Source: Bacteroidales bacterium (GTDB taxonomy: Bacteria; Bacteroidota; Bacteroidia; Bacteroidales; WCHB1-69). Taken from it: a stretch of DNA of 62,519 nucleotides. Made by a program: the position numbers and the translations under genes. The first letter of the stretch is position 1, and the number at the start of each line of letters is the position of its first letter. The stretch is from contig JAGCVQ010000070.1 in the NCBI GenBank assembly GCA_017962275.1, forward strand, positions 1 to 62,519, given 5' to 3'. The notes beneath the pieces were generated by a model. That model worked only from the letters and a program-made list of their open reading frames with translations, made no database searches and had not been told where the DNA came from. Of the stretch, positions 56,504-62,519 are shown piece by piece.

Positions 56504-57772
56504 CTAATCCAAAGTTTTCCCGCAGCAATGCTTGTATTTCTTGCCGCTGCCACAGGGACACGGGTCATTTCGTCCCACTTTCCCTCCTGCAGGGATAAAC
56601 GGAGGTGCCGTGATCCTCATATCGGGGTTTCCCCAGCCGGCATCGAGCTGGGACTGAAATTCTGGGTTCATTTCGTAGCCGGCAGCAGTAAGATTAGGAC
56701 CAAGTGTCAACCTGGGTGCCCTGTCATTTTGCGGCATCATCTGGAGCACCTCGTCAGGAGAATACCCTTTGAGCCGCCAAAGTGGAAGGGAATTTAAATA
56801 ATCTGTGCAAACGGACATCCCTTGGTTCAGCACCTTTTCGGAAGCAGCCGGCTGCGGAATGAAGTAGGTGACCAAATTGAACATATCAACGCCGTGCTGA
56901 TCCATCATCCACATATCAAGCAAAGTGACACGGCTTGCATCTTCGTCTTTGTAGTGTTTGTTGAGAAAGTTAAATGCCTTATTATAACCCTTGCAAGGGA
57001 ACTCATGCATCGGTATCTGTCCGGCAGCCATAAACTCCTCAACCGTGAACGGCTTGTAGTCAAGGATCGGACGCGCCTCCACTTCATCCAATAAATCATT
57101 AAAGTCTTCCAAAGCAGGGGACACGAAAATCGACACTATATTCTTTTGGTCATCACTCCAGTATCTTTTCGAGCCAAAACGCACAAAAACCGAGTGGAAC
57201 AGCTTGTTTCCAAGAGTTTTACGCATCTTTGGGTCAATATTATGCTGGTCAAAATAGGTTTTCAACGCTGCAATGAAAAGTTCTTCCGGGACAGCTCCAT
57301 ATAGCATCAACACCCCCAAAGCGTATTGCTGGAGATCGAAAAACTGTTGGTTGACCGGATCAGCAAGAACCTTGTCGATGTGAGGAGCAATGGCTTCCCG
57401 AAGGTCATCGGGCATAGTGAAATGGAATAGCTGGCGGTCATCGAAGTCCCGCTCGAAATCCATCATGCCCAAATCCATAGAGGCGAGATGAATCTGGTGG
57501 ATTCTGTCGGTCACGTCGCCACCCTTTCCAGCTTTGACAAGCATTTGGAACATCTCCAATTCGTATCGGGTCAGACGTTCCAGCCACGCCTCCGGGTGCA
57601 ACAAAATCATTTCTTCCAGTTTGTCGGCGTAATCCGCCTTATTCAACTTGGAAGGGATTTTGAGTCCCAAGGCGTCAGCCCACCATTCCATGCGCCACTT
57701 GGTGTCTTTCCTCACTTCGTCCGACAAACGAAACGTCGTGTCACCCCTTTTCACATTATTATTATTTGCCAT
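56504..57772 (-). CDS. SEC-C metal-binding domain protein
   Basis: [10 protein letters not shown]; [21 protein letters not shown]. Confidence 0.85.
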   Translation of the reverse strand: MANNNNVKRGDTTFRLSDEVRKDTKWRMEWWADALGLKIPSKLNKADYADKLEEMILLHPEAWLERLTRYELEMFQMLVKAGKGGDVTDRIHQIHLASMDLGMMDFERDFDDRQLFHFTMPDDLREAIAPHIDKVLADPVNQQFFDLQQYALGVLMLYGAVPEELFIAALKTYFDQHNIDPKMRKTLGNKLFHSVFVRFGSKRYWSDDQKNIVSIFVSPALEDFNDLLDEVEARPILDYKPFTVEEFMAAGQIPMHEFPCKGYNKAFNFLNKHYKDEDASRVTLLDMWMMDQHGVDMFNLVTYFIPQPAASEKVLNQGMSVCTDYLNSLPLWRLKGYSPDEVLQMMPQNDRAPRLTLGPNLTAAGYEMNPEFQSQLDAGWGNPDMRITAPPFIPAGGKVGRNDPCPCGSGKKYKHCCGKTLD

Positions 57773-57948
57773 AGCACTATCCTAAATGAACCTGTTTAAT
57801 TTAATGTGCAAAAATAAGAAATATTGTAACAAAGTACTGCGCACTGTATTTTTTGTATTTTTGCGGCGTTAAACAATTCGATTGAATGATTTATTGGCAA
57901 AATCAAACATTAAACCATCTAATCAGATGATTTATAAATAATACAAAG

Positions 57949-58272
57949 ATGACCGATTATTATGAATATTCCATACCGGAACTGGTACTGGAGCTTGGCA
58001 TTCGTTTCAAAGAGTACCGCATGCGGTCGAACATGACCCAAAAGGATGTGGCGGAACAGGCCGGCCTCACCGTGAACACCATCCACAAGTTCGAGAATGG
58101 CAGAGTGCCCAACCTGTCGCTCAGCACATTCCTGCTGCTGCTGAAAGCCATCGGCTGTATTAACGGCCTCGACGAGTTGATGCCCAAGCTGCCGGAATCG
58201 ACATACCTCGTAAAAAACGACGGAAAGAAAGTGCAACGCATCAGGCATTCTTCTCAAAAAAAACAAAAGTAA
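57949..58272 (+). CDS. XRE-family HTH regulator (HipB-like antitoxin)
   Basis: MTQKDVAEQAGLTVNTIHKFENG. Confidence 0.85.
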   Translation: MTDYYEYSIPELVLELGIRFKEYRMRSNMTQKDVAEQAGLTVNTIHKFENGRVPNLSLSTFLLLLKAIGCINGLDELMPKLPESTYLVKNDGKKVQRIRHSSQKKQK

Positions 58273-58505
58273 CTCATAAGAAGAATTGCATCCGTAAAGC
58301 AGAAAACATCATCCATATTGAAAACATCCGCATTGAACAACAGTTCAAGGGCAACTACCACCTTTTAGCCACGATTGACGGCAGAAAACGTAAATTCGTG
58401 ATTCGCAAGAAAACTATTGAGCACGAAGAAATCAGTCGCATAGGCATTTCTCACCTATCTGTGGATTATCTAAAGGAGCTTGTTTCAAAGTTTATGTCGC
58501 TATAA
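58272..58505 (+). pseudogene. Start-less ~77-codon open frame, possibly the C-terminal remnant of a HipA-family toxin
   Basis: Open frame ...ENIRIEQQFKGNYHLLATIDGRKRKFVIRK...*; resembles from memory the C-terminal extension of some Bacteroidales HipA proteins. Confidence 0.45.
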
Positions 58506-58573
58506 CTCTCCGAGCATCGCATATTTTGTGTATCTTTGCCCCCTTGTTTATTTTGGATAAAAAACACCTAAAT

Positions 58574-60619
58574 ATGAAGAACATACGCACTCTTTTGACG
58601 ACCTGCCTGATGGCGTGTCTGTCCGTTTTTGTGTTCGCACAGACCGTCGCTCCCGTGAAATGGGCTTATAAGACGGTGAAAGTCAATGATTCCGTGGCGG
58701 AGCTGCAGTTCACCGCCACCATCGAGCCCAACTGGCACCTCTACGCCCAGAAGCCCGGCCAGAACCAGATCGAGCAGCCCTTAGTGTTCAACTTCACCAA
58801 ATCGCCCAAATACGAGCGCATCGGCAAGGTGACCGAACCGACCCCGCAGAGCGACTACGACGACCTGCTGGACGCACACTCCAACTTCTACTCGAAGCAG
58901 GTGACGTTCAAACAGCGCGTGAAAGTGAAGGACGACCAGCCGTTCACTGTGCAGGGCAAATTGGAGGGACAGGCCTGCATCGAGGGCCGTTGCACCCCCA
59001 TCGAGGAGAAGTTCTCCTTCGACATCAAGGATTTCCATCCCGCAGTGGCCGCTGTTGCGGAAGAGAACACCGAGCCGGAAGAGGCGGACAGCGAGGTCGC
59101 TGAAGCCGATGCGAATGCGCAAATCGCCCCCGCCGCTGAGGAACCCGCAGCCAACGCCGAAGAGGAAGAATCCCTGCTGATGTACTTTTTAGGCGCGGTC
59201 TTGGGCGGTCTCGTCGGTCTGCTGATGCCCTGCGTCTTCCCGATGATCCCGATGACCGTCTCCTACTTCTCGAAAGACGGCAACACGGGCAAGCGCAACG
59301 CCATGCTCTACGGCTTCTTCATCATCCTGATTTTCGTGATTTTCGGTTTGGTGCTCTCGCTGATTTTCGGCGCGGACCTCGGCAACGTCCTCAGCACCCA
59401 CTGGATCCCGAACATCCTCTTCGCGGTCATCTTCTTCATCTTCGCCCTCTCGTTGCTCGGCTACTTCGAAATCACCCTGCCGAGCTCTTGGGTGAATGGT
59501 TCCGCCAAGCGTCAGAACGCGGGCAGTGTGGCCGGCATCTTCTTCATGGCCCTGACCCTCGTGCTGGTCTCTTTCTCCTGCACGCTGCCCATCGCGGGCG
59601 CGGTGGCCCTCAACGCCGCCGGCGGCTCCTTCCTGAAGCCCGTCATCGGCATGTTGGGCTTCTCGCTCGGCATCGCCGTGCCGTTCACGCTCTTCGCGCT
59701 CTTCCCCAACATGCTGAAGAAGCTGCCGAAGTCCGGCGGCTGGATGAACACCCTCAAGGTGGTGCTCGCCTTCGTGGAATTGGCCTTCGCGCTGAAGTTC
59801 ATCAACGTGCCCGACCAGACCTACCACTGGCGCATCCTCGACCGTGAGGTCTATCTCTCCTTGTGGATTGTATTGTTCTCACTGTTAGGTTTTTACCTGC
59901 TCGGCAAAATCAAATTCCCGCACGATGACGACTATCCCGTGCAGAAGAGCTGGTTCCGTTTCCTGCTCTCCGTGGCGGTCTTCTCCTTCGTGGTCTATAT
60001 GGTTCCCGGTCTGTTCGGCGCCCCGCTGAAGGCCATCTCCGGCTGGCTCCCGCCGATGACCACCCAGGACTTCGACATCGCCAACATCGTGCGTACCGAG
60101 AGCGGTGCCGGCGGTGGACAAGCGGCCACTTACCAATGGACGGAGGAACCGATGTATGCCGACAAGTTAGAGATCCCGTTCGGCATCAAGGGCTACTTCG
60201 ACTACGACCAGGCGCTGCGCGTGGCCAAGAAGGAGGGCAAGCCCGTCTTCCTCGACTTCACCGGACACGGCTGCACCAACTGCCGTAACGTGGAGAACGC
60301 CGTCTGGATCGATCCCGAGGTGCGCCGCATCTTCGCCGAGGAGGTCATCGTCTGCACCATGTACGCCGACGACAAGGTGATTCCGCTGCCCGACGAGGAG
60401 AAGGGCAAGCTCACCGACGCCAACGGCGACCCCATCACCATGCTCGGGGCCAAGAACCGCTACATCGAGCAGAACATCTACAACGAGAATTCCCAACCTT
60501 GCTATTTCGTGGTGGATCCCACCGGAAACGTCCTTTCCGGCCCGACCTATTACGAACGCGACAAGGACAAATACATCGCGTTTTTGCGGAAGGGAATTGA
60601 TGCGTATAAAGCGAAATGA
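58574..60619 (+). CDS. dsbD: Thiol:disulfide interchange protein DsbD
   Basis: N-terminal DsbD domain (QACIEGRC), PCVFPMIP, SCTLP, thioredoxin GCTNC. Confidence 0.92.
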   Translation: MKNIRTLLTTCLMACLSVFVFAQTVAPVKWAYKTVKVNDSVAELQFTATIEPNWHLYAQKPGQNQIEQPLVFNFTKSPKYERIGKVTEPTPQSDYDDLLDAHSNFYSKQVTFKQRVKVKDDQPFTVQGKLEGQACIEGRCTPIEEKFSFDIKDFHPAVAAVAEENTEPEEADSEVAEADANAQIAPAAEEPAANAEEEESLLMYFLGAVLGGLVGLLMPCVFPMIPMTVSYFSKDGNTGKRNAMLYGFFIILIFVIFGLVLSLIFGADLGNVLSTHWIPNILFAVIFFIFALSLLGYFEITLPSSWVNGSAKRQNAGSVAGIFFMALTLVLVSFSCTLPIAGAVALNAAGGSFLKPVIGMLGFSLGIAVPFTLFALFPNMLKKLPKSGGWMNTLKVVLAFVELAFALKFINVPDQTYHWRILDREVYLSLWIVLFSLLGFYLLGKIKFPHDDDYPVQKSWFRFLLSVAVFSFVVYMVPGLFGAPLKAISGWLPPMTTQDFDIANIVRTESGAGGGQAATYQWTEEPMYADKLEIPFGIKGYFDYDQALRVAKKEGKPVFLDFTGHGCTNCRNVENAVWIDPEVRRIFAEEVIVCTMYADDKVIPLPDEEKGKLTDANGDPITMLGAKNRYIEQNIYNENSQPCYFVVDPTGNVLSGPTYYERDKDKYIAFLRKGIDAYKAK

Positions 60620-60633
60620 TAACGCCTTTTCTT

Positions 60634-60680
60634 GCGAGTCGGAGGTTCCGCCGCCTCCTATCGTCGGCGGCGGAATGACA
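60634..60680. repeat. GTCATTCCG-family REP unit
   Basis: GGAGGTTCCGCCGCCTCCTATCGTCGGCGGCGGAATGAC, identical to 44-82. Confidence 0.85.
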
Positions 60681-60705
60681 AATCATTATATAGACGGGAT
60701 AAAAG

Positions 60706-62382
60706 ATGAATTGGAACAAATGGTATATTAAATTAGCCCTCAGCGTTTTAAGTGGATTGATATTGTCCCTCGCGTGGTATGTGCGCGGGGCGGCGATTAT
60801 CATCATGTTGGCGTTTGTGCCGCTGTTTTGGTTGAGCGACATCTCGCTGAAGGAGGGCAAACGCAACGCTTTCGGGCGCGGCATCCTGCTGTTCTATCCC
60901 GCGTTCTTCGTCTTCAACCTCATCACCACCTACTGGATCGCCTACTGCACCAAGGAAGGCGCGGCCGCGGCCGTCGTTGCCAACGCGCTACTGCAGACCC
61001 TCACCCTATCCGCATGGCACGCCTGTCGCAAACAAGTGGAAAACAAAGTGTTACAGGCTGTGATGCTCATCGCCTTCTGGATTTCTTTCGAGTACCTGCA
61101 TCTCAACTGGGACCTGACCTGGCCGTGGCTCAACCTCGGCAACGTTTTCGCCAGTATGCCCGGGATGGTGCAATGGTACAGCATCACGGGCACATTGGGC
61201 GGCACAGTGTGGATTCTGATTTGCAACTTCCTTGTTTACTGTGATCCACTAACGAACAGGGAGCAGAAAAAACGTCCGCGCAAGGTCGGCAGCATTGTTA
61301 CCCTTGCCGTTCTTATCGTGCCGATGCTCATTTCCCTTCTGATGTATAGGTTGGCCATGCGGCAAATCGACGAAACCACCCCGATAGAGGCGGTCATCGT
61401 GCAGCAGAACACCGACCCGTGGAACGAGGAGTACCGCCTCACCAACGAGCAGCACATCCAGCGGATCCTCGATGTGGCGAAACCATATATCACGGCAAAG
61501 ACCAACCTCATCATCACCCCCGAATCCGCCGTGTCGCACACCATCGAGATGGGGGCACTGCGGAACCACACCTTTATGGAGGGCGACACCCGTTTCGAAG
61601 GGTTCTCCTTATTCGACAGTGTGATAGCGACTTATCCGAACCTCAACTTCGTGTTGGGACTCTCCACCGTGAGCATTTCCGATCACAAAACCTCTCCTGT
61701 CGCGATAGAGTGCAACCCGGGACAATTCATGGAGTTTTACAATACCGCCGGATTCTACAACAAGAAGGGTTTGGTGAGCCACTACCACAAGAGCCGACTC
61801 GTGCCGGGTGTGGAGAAGATGCCCTTCCCAAAGGTGTTCGGCTTCCTCGAAAAAGCCATCATCGAGTTAGGCGGCTCCAACTCATCGCTGGGCACCGACA
61901 CGGCTCAGCGGGTCTTCGAATTTGATGTTGACGGCAAGAAAGTGCGCGTCGGGACAGGCATCTGCTACGAATCCATCTACGGCGAGCTGATGGGCCGCTT
62001 CGTGAAGAACGGCGCCAACGTGCTGTGCGTCATCACCAACGACTCGTGGTGGGACGACAGTCCGGGGCATGGTCAGCACTTCGAGATGTCGCGGCTGAGG
62101 GCTGTGGAGACACGCCGTTACGTGCTTCGAGCCGCCAACGGAGGCTTTTCCGGTGTCATCTCCCCGACCGGCAGTGTGCTGATGCGGACGAAATACAATG
62201 AGCGGACGGCCATCCAAACGCTCGTATGCGCCCAGACCCGCGAGACCTTCTACGTGAAGCACGGCGACTACCTCGCGCGAATCGCGGTGGTGCTGGCGGC
62301 GTTGGGACTGTTGTGGACGGCGTTGCAGCCTTTCCTCCGAAGGAAACGCACCAAACAGGAGGTGCAGACCTTTGACCGTTGA
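60706..62382 (+). CDS. lnt: Apolipoprotein N-acyltransferase
   Basis: PW..LG, TPESA (E), YHKSRLVPG (K), GICYESIY (C), TNDSWW, RAVETRR, RAANGG.S. Confidence 0.92.
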   Translation: MNWNKWYIKLALSVLSGLILSLAWYVRGAAIIIMLAFVPLFWLSDISLKEGKRNAFGRGILLFYPAFFVFNLITTYWIAYCTKEGAAAAVVANALLQTLTLSAWHACRKQVENKVLQAVMLIAFWISFEYLHLNWDLTWPWLNLGNVFASMPGMVQWYSITGTLGGTVWILICNFLVYCDPLTNREQKKRPRKVGSIVTLAVLIVPMLISLLMYRLAMRQIDETTPIEAVIVQQNTDPWNEEYRLTNEQHIQRILDVAKPYITAKTNLIITPESAVSHTIEMGALRNHTFMEGDTRFEGFSLFDSVIATYPNLNFVLGLSTVSISDHKTSPVAIECNPGQFMEFYNTAGFYNKKGLVSHYHKSRLVPGVEKMPFPKVFGFLEKAIIELGGSNSSLGTDTAQRVFEFDVDGKKVRVGTGICYESIYGELMGRFVKNGANVLCVITNDSWWDDSPGHGQHFEMSRLRAVETRRYVLRAANGGFSGVISPTGSVLMRTKYNERTAIQTLVCAQTRETFYVKHGDYLARIAVVLAALGLLWTALQPFLRRKRTKQEVQTFDR

Positions 62383-62471
62383 CTTTGACCTTTGACTATT
62401 GACTATTGACCGTTAAGGTCAGAATAGGATTTACATTTTTGCAGGTAGGGACGCGAAATTTGCGTCTCTAC
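62370..62471. repeat. (TTGACYW)n heptamer array overlapping the lnt stop, plus GTAG palindrome (62445-62471)
   Basis: Direct reading. Confidence 0.75.
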
Positions 62472-62519
62472 CTTTTTTTATCTAATTATAGGAAAAATAC
62501 AGGGATTCCTTTCACGTTA

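Overview
62.5 kb chromosomal window from a GC-rich anaerobic Bacteroidales-type bacterium, judged from TAnnTTTG promoters, T9SS C-terminal domains, Nqr and Hdr-like genes. Contents in order: two tandem giant FN3-rich T9SS cargo genes; birA, a DUF4197-like lipoprotein, a PPi-type pfk, murA, GT2, a beta-barrel and an Ig-like lipoprotein; a hypB / Fe-S flavoprotein / hypA / DUF5692-like cluster with no hydrogenase; lptE, a sigma54 activator, a LysM hydrolase and hdrAB-like genes; a C10 peptidase; a patatin-barrel protein; a dlt-like acyl-transfer triad (MBOAT, DltD-like and an unannotated 39-aa DltX-like peptide); nqrD-(DNA methyltransferase)-nqrE-nqrF; ROK, pgm and an ADP-forming acyl-CoA ligase; an AT-richer island (Rpn nuclease, structured leader, modular secreted-protein cluster, SEC-C protein, orphan HipB-like gene plus remnant); dsbD and lnt. 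Intergenic DNA is dense in several repeat families: 28-bp GTAG...CTAC palindromes (three inside coding sequences), an ~80-bp CCCCACA...TGTGGGG element that is co-oriented with transcription in every copy found, and 7-nt tandem arrays that start at or just after stop codons. No rRNA, tRNA, CRISPR array or intact IS was recognised. All calls come from reading motifs by eye; no database search was run.
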